A stretch of 64,000 bases of DNA from Eledone cirrhosa. Taxonomy: Eukaryota. The notes under the pieces were generated by a model. That model ran no database searches. It worked only from the letters and a program-made list of their open reading frames with translations, and was not told where the DNA came from. How positions within the stretch are numbered: the first letter of the stretch is position 1; every line of letters begins with the position of its first letter. Positions 41,919-54,799 of this stretch are shown piece after piece. Location of the stretch: contig OZ024742.1 of assembly GCA_964016885.1 (NCBI GenBank), positions 160,394,001-160,458,000 of the forward strand, in the 5' to 3' direction. The position numbers and the translations under genes are program-made.

Positions 41919-42037
41919 GTTTACTGCCACATCAAGTTGAAATCATCCGCTCTCGTCCGATCACTAGAGTTAAGCCACGTATATGCTAGTCAGTACTTTG
42001 AGGGATGACCACTCGGAAAACCTAGGTGATGTAAACT
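41919..42037 (+). pseudogene. 5S rRNA: Full-length diverged 5S rRNA copy (probable pseudogene)
   Basis: Colinear with metazoan 5S over ~119 nt (tctcgtccgatcac, agttaagc box A, agtactt, gatgacc); terminal helix gtttac/gtaaac; no oligo-T terminator; not in a tandem array. Confidence 0.8.
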
Positions 42038-42052
42038 CCTTCAAATATTTAG

Positions 42053-42205
42053 AGTGGTGGATTAGCAAAATCGGTAGGACATCGGACAAAATGCTTTGCG
42101 GCATTTGTTTCGGTTCTAATCCCACCGAGATCTAAATTTTTCCTTTTACCATTACAGGATCGATAAAACAAACTATCAATCAAGTACTGGGCGACGATTT
42201 AACCG
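42053..42205 (+). mobile_element. Diverged SINE family A copy
   Basis: gtggtggattagcaaaatcggtag head, gatcgataaaa core. Confidence 0.6.
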
Positions 42206-42261
42206 ATAACATACATCTCATATGAAAGAGATGTTTAATGTTACTGATAACATCAATCAAA

Positions 42262-42308
<47 letters not shown>

Positions 42309-42374
42309 ATCACACACTTGTTCAAAATAATTAAGATGAAACTATCTCATCGAAAGAGATGTTTAAATTTACAG

Positions 42375-42735
42375 AGACGGGAGGAAGAGTAAGCGTCCCT
42401 TCACCATATCCGTTGTGAGCTTCAGCGATTAAGATCGGCTTTCACCACATCCGCCCAAGTCTTCCTTGGTCTTCTTCCACTGAGGCTTCCTTCCACTGGA
42501 AATTCTTGGCACTTTTTCGCCCACCGATCATTATCCATGTGCAGCACATGTCCACACCGGCGCAGTCATCTCTCTTATACTCTATATCTGATTCCACACA
42601 TACCCAGTTTTTCTCTTCAGTTCATTCATGCTTTGTCATTCACACCCATTAACGTTGCTTCATTTCTCTCCAGTCTTTGCACTCTGAATTTACTCCCCAT
42701 ATTTCACTATTCCACTACCATGCAAGAACCCACAT
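42375..42735 (-). pseudogene. Decayed RTE-clade LINE 3' fragment (different family)
   Basis: Manual translation RLRRCGHVLHMDNDRWAKKCQEFPVEGSLSGRRPRKTWADVVKADL matches the RTE C-terminal pattern RLRW.GHV...GRPRKTW. Confidence 0.7.
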
Positions 42736-42755
42736 AGAACACAGGCGTCATATAG

Positions 42756-42826
<71 letters not shown>

Positions 42827-43250
42827 GGAGTGTAACATACATACATATATACATACATATATACATTCATATATATATATATATATAATGTATATATTTT
42901 ATCAAATGATTCTATGGCCATACTTTATTGTATATTGCTCTGATTGTTGATTATTAATTAATTAATTCGTCATTGAGCCACATCGTGGACGGTCGCCAAA
43001 AACACACATATATATATATATCTATGATTTTGTCTAATTTATGTATATGTAAATCTTTATATTTGATAATCTCCCATATGGTTGAGATGCAATTTAGGCA
43101 GTATTAGGCTGCGCTTTCTAGCAACCAGCCCACTCGCTGTAAGGCACCAATCACATTCTTTCTGACTTGACCACTGCCACGTCACAGTTCTTAGCCATTT
43201 TGAATTCGTTTCTGGCGGGGATCATTTAAGAAAAATCTTCGTCCAAGTGA

Positions 43251-43301
43251 GTTTGTTTCCTGATGATTTCGAAACTCGTGAAATTATCCTTGATCGGATA
43301 T
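43251..43301 (+). ncRNA. Degenerate hammerhead-like motif
   Basis: CTGATGA-tttcgaaactcgt-GAAA-tta-tcct-tga-TC; stem III pairs, stem II weak, stem I only 3 bp. Confidence 0.35.
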
Positions 43302-43524
43302 TTCCAAAAAGCGAATGAAACTCATGGGGTAGTAAACAAATTTTGGTATGCTTATATACTTTTTTCTTCTAACTTCGATTTTATACCTAATTGCGTATGG
43401 TTGACAATATATTTAATCGATTTCCACGTGCTATTAGAAATGCTAGGTAAATATTCTATAGCTGTTGATCACGGATAGCTAGCTGTCGTTTATTTATTTA
43501 TTATTTTTTCATAGGTGCCTTTTA

Positions 43525-43621
43525 ATCTTATAGCCTTGTTTAATTGTTTTTTTGTGTGGTCGATTATGCTCAATCAGCATAATCGACCACACAAAAAAAC
43601 AATTAAACAAGGCTATAAGAT
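43525..43621. repeat. Perfect palindrome, 46-bp arms with 5-nt loop
   Basis: 43525-43570 is the reverse complement of 43576-43621; abuts (TA)n. Confidence 0.95.
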
Positions 43622-43693
43622 ATATATATATATATATATACACTATAAGAATAAAAGAACAAAGAGTCAGTGTTGCATCATAACCAATTCAAT

Positions 43694-43787
43694 AACTTAT
43701 AACATATGTTTCACTATCGATCAGACCGAAGGTCGTCGTATTATTGATCGAACCTGACTCTGTAATCGAAAGATCGTCAGATATGCT
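43694..43787 (-). ncRNA. Type I hammerhead ribozyme with enlarged stem II
   Basis: Minus strand agcatat-CTGACGA-t-ctttcgat...atcgatag-t-GAAA-catatg-TT-ataagtt; palindromic stem III, GUU site, stem I 6/7 paired. Confidence 0.7.
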
Positions 43788-43828
43788 TCCGTATGTAATC
43801 ACGTCTCCGATATATATATAATATTATT

Positions 43829-43869
<41 letters not shown>

Positions 43870-44164
43870 GGTGGCTGCCAACTCGTTTTCGAGTACGGCA
43901 GTACTTTATATCCATGTAGGAGAACCCTTACCGATGCGCTGAACGAGTGTGACATTTTAGTCCAGCCAGCGACTTGAAAACTCTGGTACAAACACTACAC
44001 TTGTGACAATTATTGACACATAGTGCTGGGCCCATGGTACCATGTGACGACAAGTGCAGAGAGATCTCCAGATATAAAGCAATGCCTGTGCCGTGAAGCT
44101 TTTATAGTGAGCCAAGGCACTGCACAAAGCCAGTCCCACTCTCTTAACCAAGATGATATTTACC

Positions 44165-44469
44165 AAAAAGAAGAACAAGTCAACATCATTGGATACCATC
44201 AGGGTTTCAGGTGTTCAGAGTTTTCCTTCTCCTAGAATTCTGCCTTGACAAAGGCTAAGGGGTCATCTCTCCCGGTGATTTTGGATGGCCATTGACTCTT
44301 AAGAGCTCCTTTGCCCTTTGACAGGTTTTGTTTTTAGTCCTGCAGGATGTCCAAAGTCACCCTCCTCACCAAGAAACCTTGGTGGGGTTGCCAGTTTAGT
44401 CGCCAACGACCGACCATGGGACAGGTTGTACTGGAATACATGTGACCAGTAGCACCAACTGGTGACCTG

Positions 44470-44470
<1 letters not shown>
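44165..44470 (-). repeat. Dispersed repeat resembling an RTE 5' UTR; second diverged copy at ~51550-51910
   Basis: Both copies share aaaagaagaa..tcaacatcat, ccttctcctagaa...aaggcta.gggg and gtcctgcag...accctcctcaccaag; RTE assignment from recalled motif only. Confidence 0.45.
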
Positions 44471-44526
<56 letters not shown>

Positions 44527-44657
44527 TATATATATACAAAATATAAAAAAAACGAGTTAATGACTCACATTAATCCCCTATAATCTAATGAGCTCAAGGA
44601 ATAGATTCCGGGCCCTTTATAAATCAGCATATAAAGAGAAGTACACAATATTGAAGT

Positions 44658-44691
<34 letters not shown>

Positions 44692-44700
44692 TAATTTATT

Positions 44701-44910
44701 AAATTTTAAGTAAAGAATCACTGCTTTCACCCTTAACGGGAACTTCTGAGACTACTGTAGTTTCAGAAGATCCCGTTAAGGATGAAAGCAGTGATTCTTT
44801 GCTTAAACTTTATCTGTTATTTTAATAAATATTTGCTCTAGGGTTCTTATATATTTGATATATATTTATCCTTATCGAGCCCTCTTTGGAATTTAGTCTT
44901 CACATTTATT
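44701..44910 (+). mobile_element. Isolated pseudo-LTR end of the 58323-60420 PLE family with a ~55-bp foldback and hammerhead-like motif (44759-44809)
   Basis: 44757-44905 matches 60271-60420; 44701-44755 is an imperfect reverse complement of 44757-44811; flanked by TA repeats. Confidence 0.8.
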
Positions 44911-44915
44911 ATTAT

Positions 44916-45190
<275 letters not shown>

Positions 45191-45299
45191 TATAATGATC
45201 AGCTTTACCCAACCAAAGTCTCCAGGGAAAATAATAAAAATTACACCAGAAAATAATCTGATACAGGACTAAAATATAGTTGTGTGATAGTGACGGACT

Positions 45300-46080
45300 T
45301 GAGAATGAGTTCTCAATACCGAAGTAGAGTTTAAATATTCTTTATTATCGCTTAGATGTGACTCTTGTTGATCTGGAGTTTTTCCTGTACACACACAGGA
45401 TCACCAGGCAAAACTGAATATTCAATGGCAAAGAGAATATAAATAGGTAGGCCAGCATGGCAATGCAAATCCAAGATCATGAGAGGTAATTGTTCGTTTC
45501 CCAGGAGAAAATCTCAGATGCAGGACTTTTAATCCATTAATATAATTTTAGATCAGTTGTGTGTTGCCTTACAAAAATGCAAGTCAGCCTATGAATTAGT
45601 ACATAAGTTCAAAACCATAGAGAAATTATGTAGTTTATCTGATGCAGAGACAAGAACTGAAGCTGAGAAACTTACCACTATCTAGTAAGTTTAGTTATGT
45701 GATAATGGAAGAAATTGTTCATTTCGCAGCCTTTCCTAAGCTCAGGTCATCTCAACAGGCAGTGTTACTCCATGCTGAATGGCTTGTTGATACCTTTCCA
45801 GGTGTTGGTGTACTTGTTATAGTATATTTGAGGAGAGCTGAGTGGATGGGTTTTGAATGGGATGCGTACATTAGGGAGGGTGTCTATTAGGGGAGGTGTG
45901 CAATAATAGAGAATATATGAGAAAGGCGAGAAAGAAAGGAGTGATAAAAATAGATATGTCTTGTCAATACTATGTGAGAGAGAGTTGGCTAGTAAAGAAG
46001 GTATCAATGTACATACCAGCTCGATTTCCACTTTCCAATAAAATCTATTACAAAGCGGTTTTCGCATGATCTAGGATTTT
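45300..46080 (-). pseudogene. Possible highly decayed PLE reverse transcriptase remnant
   Basis: Fragment SMVLNLCTNS*ADLHF loosely resembles RT motif AMG...AP.YADLF; many stops. Confidence 0.25.
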
Positions 46081-46088
46081 ATTATAAC

Positions 46089-46264
<176 letters not shown>

Positions 46265-47364
46265 CAAAGTGCTAAAAGGATCATATTTTAGTTTAGAACA
46301 TTTATTTGCTGACAAGTGTTTCTTCCAGAGGGAAGTCTGGAATCATCGGAGCATAGTGAATGTCGAAACATGTGAGTAAAATCCTAGTCATTCAGAACAT
46401 TTATGGTACATAATTCTTGTGTCATAGACATCATGTGGAGAATCAGGAGTTAACATGGTGTTATGCTTGAGAGAACACAATTACAGGCAGCACTGGTTGA
46501 AAGTGTAAGAGGTATAAGCAAAGAGTACAGGCAAAAAGTTATAAGCAAGGAAAAATGTGGGATAGGATAGACATAAGATATAAGATATAAGATATCTTAA
46601 CATTGGAGAACAGTTAATGTTATGGGTGTACAATGCAGGAGTCAATACAATCGATAAGGCATGTATGAGGAAAGAGTTATAATGCAGTTGAGATAAACAA
46701 ATTTTGTGTGGGGTGTTAAAGCATGTTATAAGTGTTAGAAATGTTTAAGATAGCGTGCAATTTGTTAGAGAGGCATGTGGTGATAATGTAGGTATATGTT
46801 ATGTGAGGTGTAATGCAAAGTACGTGATAGGGTCGGATAGGTGATTTTCATTCAAGTGTTTTTGTGTTGTAGTTCGAATGTATGTGTTTATGTTGTTTGT
46901 AAATCACAGCTATTAACCATGGGATTATTTTGAGTCGTTTATAGTCAATAGGTGTTTGTTTTTGTTAAATGTAAATTCCACCGAATTACTGGCCATGTTA
47001 TTATTGTAGGTATATTATCGTATGCATTTTTATCTACAAATTATTTTTTCTAGGGTTTGTATTAACCGTTATTAAGCTGTTGGTAAACCGTTAGGCCGCT
47101 TAATTTTATGAATTTACACAGGAAGTTGTAAAGGGGGTTACTAACAAAGGGAGGTAATTAAAGTTGCTGACAAATTGAGGGTTGTTTTATTATTGTAGTA
47201 GTGTTATAAATTAATCTTTATAGAGTATATAAAATATTATTATTGGTTATTAATTATATAATTGCTCTCTTTTCAACTTGTATGGAGGGAGGTAAAAATA
47301 TTTTTTGAATTATTTTATTATAACTAGATAGTTTTTACATAGTATATGTATATATAATATAAGG

Positions 47365-47400
<36 letters not shown>

Positions 47401-47403
47401 AGA

Positions 47404-47468
<65 letters not shown>

Positions 47469-47628
47469 TTGTGCAGCGAGTTGAAGTTTTTTATGACAGG
47501 ATAGGGAGTTGCATAATATATGCTGGAGTAATTGGTGTTATATACACAGTTGTCTGCTATTTAGTTGGTGTTGTATTTTGAGAGTATATTAGAGTGTCTA
47601 TATTATTTGATTATTTTAATTGTATAAG

Positions 47629-47816
47629 AGCGGTGGATTGGCAGTATCAGTAGAGGGTCTGACGCCATGCTTTGACACATAGACTTACGGCCCTTTCCAT
47701 TCTGAGTTCAAATACCGCTGAGGTTAACTTTGCCTTTCATCCTTACGGGGTCGATAAAATAAAGTACCAGTAATGCACTGGGTTATTTCTGGCCTTGTGC
47801 CAAATGTAGAAACAAG
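47629..47816 (+). mobile_element. Full-length SINE family A with 17-bp target-site duplication
   Basis: tattttaattgtataag at 47612-47628 and 47817-47833; A-box-like tggcagtatcag and B-box-like gttcaaatacc. Confidence 0.95.
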
Positions 47817-48039
47817 TATTTTAATTGTATAAGGTAAGAGATCAAATAAGGGGTTTATTGACAGTATATAGGTGAGTGTAATCTTTTAATTAAGGTGTAG
47901 TCCTATATTTATGAAGGTCTAATTGGATAAATTAAAAGGTGGTGATCTAGTGTTATCTCCGACACTGGTCTTTATTTTTATTATTATTATTATTATTATT
48001 ATTAGTTACTAGGTTTTAAATAGAGGAAAGAGAATCTAT

Positions 48040-50620
48040 GGTAATGTGGACACGTGTAGAAGATCTTTGATTTCCTATTTAGCAGGCTAAGATTAGTATG
48101 AATAATATTTCTAGACTCGAGGATGCAAAGGTTACAACATTTGTTAAGTGGTCTATATGAAGGGGCCTTAGTTATTATTTCCCATTTTAAGGTGTATGGT
48201 ATATTACTTGATTTTAATGAGTGTATGTATGTGGATAATGAGGTTACCTTACTAAGTTTAGGGTTTCTGAACGAATGAAGGTGGGAATTATATCTGGTCT
48301 TAAAGCTATATATACTTTCGAGATGTGATTAGCAGTTACAGTGCCGGAGTAGATAATGTCTTTAATAAGGCAGTTCTTATTTAATGGGCATGTCTTGTTA
48401 GGTCTACAATTACAATTGTTTTGATAACTAGTATACTGGTTAAGGGTGCATGAATTTGAGTGGTTGTTTCTGTTTCTACTTCTAGTATTATGATTATTAG
48501 TATTATGATTATGGGATTGATTCAAATCCCGCCGAGGTTAACTTTGCCTTTCATCCTTACGGGGTCGATAAAATAAAGTACCAGTAATACACTGGAATAA
48601 TTGCTGGCCTTGTGCCCAAAAGTAGAAACAATTATGATTATGGTAAGTATTTGTACTATTATTATTGGTATTATTATTATGACTTGCTGTATGGTCCTGT
48701 ACTGTGTTATTGTTCAGGTTATTTCTATGCTGGACATTATTACTTTTTAATCTTTCTCTTGTTGGTGCTGGCTATATGGTATGCTATGTTAGGTGCGGTG
48801 GAGTAGGAGATTTTAATGGTATTTTTGTTAAATTGGTTGTGGTATTTATGGTTAATTGGGAAGTTTTTGTCTAGAATAGAGAAGAAAGCTTTAGGTACGT
48901 TTGTTGAGACATTTAAGTTGAACGGAGGATTAAAAAATGTGTTACTTCTTCTATTCTTCTTATGGTTGTTATTCATACTACTGTTTTGTGTGATGTTAGG
49001 TACCTTCTTATCTATATTTTTCTTTCTGTGGTTTTTTCCTAGTATTATTGCTGTGGTGTGATTTAACTTTTTTGATGCCCTCTGTATAGGAGTCGGAGTT
49101 TTCAATACTATGATCATATTTAATTTTATTCATGGCCATGTTGTGTGAAATTATATTAGGTTGTCTATGGGTGGTTGACGATTTAGGCTTAAATTTAATT
49201 TTATCTCTATGGCCGGAACGAGCTAAGGCTTCATTATAGTATTGGGAGTTACGGTTAAACGTATTCTCGTTCTAAGAAAGACTAGAGATTCTATTAGATA
49301 CCCCTTTAATGATTGAAGTCAATACAGAGTTAGGGTGGTTAGAGTTGGTATTAGCATAGAAAATTTTTTCATTAGGTTTATGATAAGGTGTATATTTTTT
49401 AGAGTCTAAGTAGAGAGTAGGGTCCAGGAAGTTAACATTTTTGGTGTTTTTATTTAAAGTGATACCTAAGTTGTAGTTTTAAAATATTTTATGTAATTGT
49501 TTTCTAGTTCTTTTTATATTAAATTTTTTAAAGTCTAAGAGGAAAAGTGCGTCGTCTCGATAGAGACCACCGTTAAGGTAAGGTAGGTTCTTATGTATTT
49601 CGTTTAAGAGAAATAGACTAACTAAGTCAGTTACCCGTGCCGAGTCGCTAGATCCCATGGTAATATCAAGGTTGTTGGGTGTATTCTTGCGGGTCCATAG
49701 TTGGCCGCAAGGATTATATCTACCTGGGATCTAATGAGTTCACTATTATTCCTGCCCATTATTAATGCATTATTTAAAAGGATAGGTGAAATAGAGGTGT
49801 AATAGAAGTTTATATCGAATTGGATGAATGTCTTATTATTATTTTCATTAACACCATTAAACCATTCGATTAGTTCACTAGTTATTCCCCAGATGTTAAA
49901 ATGGATTTTTTGTTTAATTTGGGGGATTACTTTATCTAAAGTTTTTTATTAATAATACCAATGTCGGATCTGGATGGACAAATAAGTCTAATTGTGGGGT
50001 TAGTATTGAAGTCATCCTTATGGTCTTTCAGAGAGAATCGTGGGGGATTAGGGGTGTAAGGTTGAGTATAAATCTCTAGTCCTAATTTACATATTAAACT
50101 ACGGGCTTCAATATTTATGTCATCCAGGTTTTTATGAGATGTTTTTTTGTAGTTCCTATAAAGTTCTTTATATATAAATTTTCTATATGTATCGTAATTT
50201 AGGCTATATATGTGTTTAGTTTTATCAGCTATATATGTTTTTAGTTTTATCATGATTTTAGTTTTATCATGTTTTTAATTTTATTTACTAAGATATTCCT
50301 AATTTTATTAAAGCTTTTTTTATGGTAGAATATAGGTTATTTAGGAAGTTGTTCTTCTTATTGTAGTATTTCCTGCATTTAATTTTTTTAACAAGTGACA
50401 CAAGGTCTTTTTCAAATGAGTCCTGTAAGATATTGTGTGGAGGGCTTTTATATGTTTTGCATTCGTATGTTTCAAACAAAGGTGCATCCTGTCCTTTCAC
50501 AGCGCGGTTCCTATCATTGTGGAAAGCCCTCCATCTAACTCTTTTAATAAAAGAGTTGACACTACTCGGCTCTGTAAAACACTTGAAAATTTGCATTGAG
50601 CCTTTTGTCATACCGGTAAC
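48040..50620 (-). pseudogene. Decayed Penelope-like element: RT plus C-terminal GIY-YIG endonuclease
   Basis: ORF pieces FIKRVRWRA, FSLKDHKDDFNTNPTIRLICPSRSDIG, DITMGSSDSA and GLYRDD (~49550-49670), FFNPPFN..IKISYS, CNCRPNKTCPLNKNCL..IIY..YIA, terminal TCPH; frameshifts and stops. Confidence 0.85.
48515..48630 (+). mobile_element. 5'-truncated SINE family A nested in the PLE
   Basis: 13-bp duplication attatgattatgg at 48502-48514 and 48631-48643. Confidence 0.9.
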
Positions 50621-50693
50621 CGGCTAGTACTTAGTACTACCTTCCTCCATATTTATAATTCTATTAAACATATATAAATATAAATATTCTTAT

Positions 50694-50754
<61 letters not shown>

Positions 50755-50924
50755 TTAAAACAATGAAATAAAAAAATCAAGTCATTAGAGATATACTTCA
50801 CTGCTTTACGATCGTTTCTAGGTGATGATAATACATTGTAGCTATACTTCGTTATTGATCTATGTAAGGTTAGTTACAAATTATCAGATGAAGAGAATAT
50901 TTACTTACATGCATATCACCATCT

Positions 50925-50960
<36 letters not shown>

Positions 50961-51994
50961 CGTAAGGTTTCCCTTAAAAAAAGAATTGTTTTTCGTTTTG
51001 CTTTGTTTTCGTTCGTTATCTTGTCCTCTCTTTGCCGAGCTCCTTAAGTTCATCATTACTAGTCTCTGACGAACGTGTTCTACCCCCTCCCAGCCCCCAT
51101 TCATTTCAATGGCTCACATTTTTTAAAACGATATCTTGCCTTCTTTTTCATGCCTTTTACCTTCTTCATCTGTTTTCTTATTTCATTTGTTGAGTTTCGT
51201 GCAATAAGAGGCACAGTCACAATACATTTCGTTCTCAATGTACTTCGGCTACGTTAGGCTCTGTCCCACTCGCCTTGGCGCCGACCGTCCGTTGTCACAT
51301 ATTGTGTCATGTTGGATATCCCTAAACATTACGTTAAGGGTACACATGCCATTGCTTGTTAATTTCACGAGCAGACTATTCCAGTATTCGCCGGACCGAT
51401 GGCGGCGCAATAAAGATGGCTGCCCCCTCGTTATCGAGTATGGACTTTGCACGATATACCATTATTAATAATTATTAATTAATTTTTAAAGTGAGGAAAG
51501 ACTGTGCACTGAGCCAATTCCACTCTCTGAGCGACAGTAGCTATAACCCGAAAAGAAGAAAAGATCAACATCATCGGTTACTACTGAGCCGCAGGTTTTA
51601 TATCGGAGTTATCCCAGTTTCCTGAGTTGCCTTCTCCTAGAAGAATGCCCTGATTAAGGCTAGGGGCCCTTCACTCCCAGTGGTTTAACCGCGCGATCGG
51701 ATGTCCAGCCCGACTATTTCTATGTCCCCGCGTATATAGAAACACATGCACCCATGCATATACACTTATACATATACACACATATGTACCTGTGTATATA
51801 CATATTTACACACTTTTGGATGGCCGTTGATTCTTATGAGTTCTTCCGCCCTTTGTCAGGTTTTCTTTTTTGTCCTGCAGAGTGTACAAAATTACCCTCC
51901 TCACCAAGTAAACATACATACATATATACATGATGGCTGCCCCTCGTAGTCGAGTATGGCCATTGCACGATATACCATTATATATATATATATA

Positions 51995-52236
51995 AGGAAA
52001 GTATATACTTTCGAACGTTCAACTATCTGGCAGATGGGTATACGGTGCTGATGATAGCTAACAAGCTTGAAACTAGTACATCGTTCCTGTGTCAGTGTTG
52101 AACAAAAAGGTGACGTGGTTGCCTTAACACCGTATGGCATAAATTCAGGCTGATCAGTTTGTTTACAAACGAACAAAGCGGCGTTATAATAAGCGTCCGC
52201 TAAACTGATGCGCGTGCATATATGTATGTGTACCTG

Positions 52237-52300
<64 letters not shown>

Positions 52301-52350
52301 TGCTACTGTACGTCTGTATACATATATGTATGTACGTATGCATACATACT
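51995..52350 (+). mobile_element. Short HHR-bearing non-coding element in (TA)n (PLE pseudo-LTR or retrozyme-like)
   Basis: 52081-52350 is homologous to 56387-56610; TA flanks; no ORF. Confidence 0.7.
52042..52084 (+). ncRNA. Minimal type I hammerhead ribozyme
   Basis: acggtg-CTGATGA-t-agct-aaca-agct-t-GAAA-ctag-TA-catcgt; 6-bp stem I, palindromic ACTAGT stem III, GUA site (cut after 52078). Confidence 0.85.
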
Positions 52351-52353
52351 TAC

Positions 52354-52396
<43 letters not shown>

Positions 52397-52399
<3 letters not shown>

Positions 52400-52717
52400 T
52401 GTCATACTTGGGGAGGGTCATATTTGTGTAATAATATTGCCAGAATTAATAACAGAACACACTCACTGTTTGGTTGGTTTTCGCTTCTGTCTCTTTTATA
52501 TCGGTTAATTTAATTTATTCGGTCCTCAATGTTACCATTGACTGACTAACGGTCAAAAATACAGATATAATATAGACACAAACACATATATATAGTCTAA
52601 CAAAGTTCTTTCTTTGCACATCTGCAATTGTATGCCTACGCTATCTTTTTAGCGTGTTCTGTTATTAATTCTGGCAATATTATTACACAAATATGACCCT
52701 CCCCAAGTATAACAATA
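52397..52717. mobile_element. MITE-like element with 64-bp terminal inverted repeats
   Basis: 52397-52460 vs 52654-52717 differ at one position; TA at both ends; another copy at 1-90. Confidence 0.8.
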
Positions 52718-52782
52718 TTTGTTTCGACACATGCTTTCATATCGAAAACCTCACAAAACTATATATATATATATGCTTATAT

Positions 52783-52823
<41 letters not shown>

Positions 52824-53395
52824 TACAAACACGCACATATATGTATATATATGCATATGTGTGTGTGCATAAGTACGTGCCATATATAGACACACAACAC
52901 GAATGCTGCCACATTTACACATATGAATATATATAATAGAAAGCCAATATTTCGTCCATACGCACCAACCATGCAAGGTCATTGATATTGCACACCACGC
53001 TTACAAGCTGTCATATTTGAAAAATGGCTTTGTCATCACAAAAGCTTTTATTCGTTAAACCATTTCCCTTGCTTTGACATCTATCAACAGTTTGCAAACC
53101 GTCCCAAAACACTGTTTAGCATGAATAAGTCTATCTTGTAATATTCATAATCATATTCATCTCAGCTCTGAGCACCATATAGCAAAAATAATAGTTTATA
53201 TCTCAGATGCGAATAGTGTTTTAAAAACTAGTTTCTGCATTGTAGCGTCATTGACTAATAGAGTACAAACTGGTAAGATTTGTTTTCACTGTTCAGCTAA
53301 GGCGATACCCACTGACAAATTGTTAACTGCTGGGGGCCAAAAAAGTGTATTTACTGTTCAGCTAAACTAGCACTAACATGATGTTGTGATGTATG

Positions 53396-53564
<169 letters not shown>

Positions 53565-53910
53565 GATTAAAGAATTCACAAGTATGGTGAAGTATCAATT
53601 TAGTATCAGCTCCTGATTATTTACTAGATTTCTATAAGAATATAACATCAATGATCTCGGTAGACAGGAGGGGTAGTTGGCCTTGATAAGCTTCAACCAA
53701 AGCGAAACAAGACTTGTCGGCTTATCTCCCCTGTTTGCTGAGATCAAAGTAAGTGAATTTGTCACTACTTTAAAACAATAGCTTACGGTCTTAAAAATGC
53801 TTTTAATTAAGCATAAAGTGTATTGCAAAATACATTATATATACATCCATATATATATATATATATATATTAAAATATAAATATTAATAAAATAGATGTT
53901 CTTTTGATCA

Positions 53911-53973
53911 ATTACATTTTATTATACATATTTCGGATGTACAACAGTACGTCCTCATCAGACAAAATATAAT
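53911..53973 (-). ncRNA. Type I hammerhead ribozyme
   Basis: Minus strand attatattttgt-CTGATGA-ggacgtac-tgtt-gtacatcc-GAAA-tatgta-TA-ataaaatgtaat; 12-bp stem I with two G-U, 8-bp stem II with one mismatch, AUA site. Confidence 0.85.
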
Positions 53974-54749
53974 GATACATGACATACCCTGAGATGTTAA
54001 ATGGTTAAGATTCAATCAAGGTAGTGATGAACCCAAGAGAAAATTTTACTTATATCCTATTTATGAGAAAATGTGAAAACGTAATAAATACATGAGAGAA
54101 TTTGTGAGTTAGAAAAAACGTTGCTTAGTGTAACTGTTCTAAAGGTTTTAAAATGTATGATACTACGATATATCTAGGAAAACGTCTCATGAATTATAAC
54201 AGCCAGTGATATCCACTGGAAAAGGATTTATAAAGAGGGAAAGATAAAGGGGATGGGGGTGGGGTGATATATGCAGAAGGAGATTTTTTCAGAAAGTTAA
54301 ACGGTTAAATTTGAAAATATTTAATCTATAATATTAGGGTGAAGACTCCAGATTTCAGGATTATTTGCTGGTTATTTATATATTATTTTTATAAATTCGA
54401 TAAGTGTATTATCATTTCTAAACTTCTGAATTTTATGAGGATAACATTTAAAGGATTTAGCTGGCACATAAAGAATGAAATATTATACTGTTGATTATTT
54501 ACCTAAATTTAAACTTTAACAAAGATACCAACATATTAGGTATGAAAAGCTTTTGAAGTACTTATTGTTATAAATATTTAAATAACTATTATGTATATAG
54601 GTATATATTAATGAGCTAGTATGTTTAAGGTAAATAATAACGACGAAGATAAAAATAAAATAAGATAATAGATTGAAGCATGTTAAGGATGAATATACAC
54701 CTATGTATAACTGGGTGTAAATGTACTAATTATTCTTCAACCAAGATAT

Positions 54750-54796
<47 letters not shown>

Positions 54797-54799
<3 letters not shown>

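Noticed and set aside
50800-50890. Minus-strand CTGATAA...GAAACGATCGTA as a hammerhead
   Set aside because: Core G8 is altered and stems I and II do not pair convincingly.
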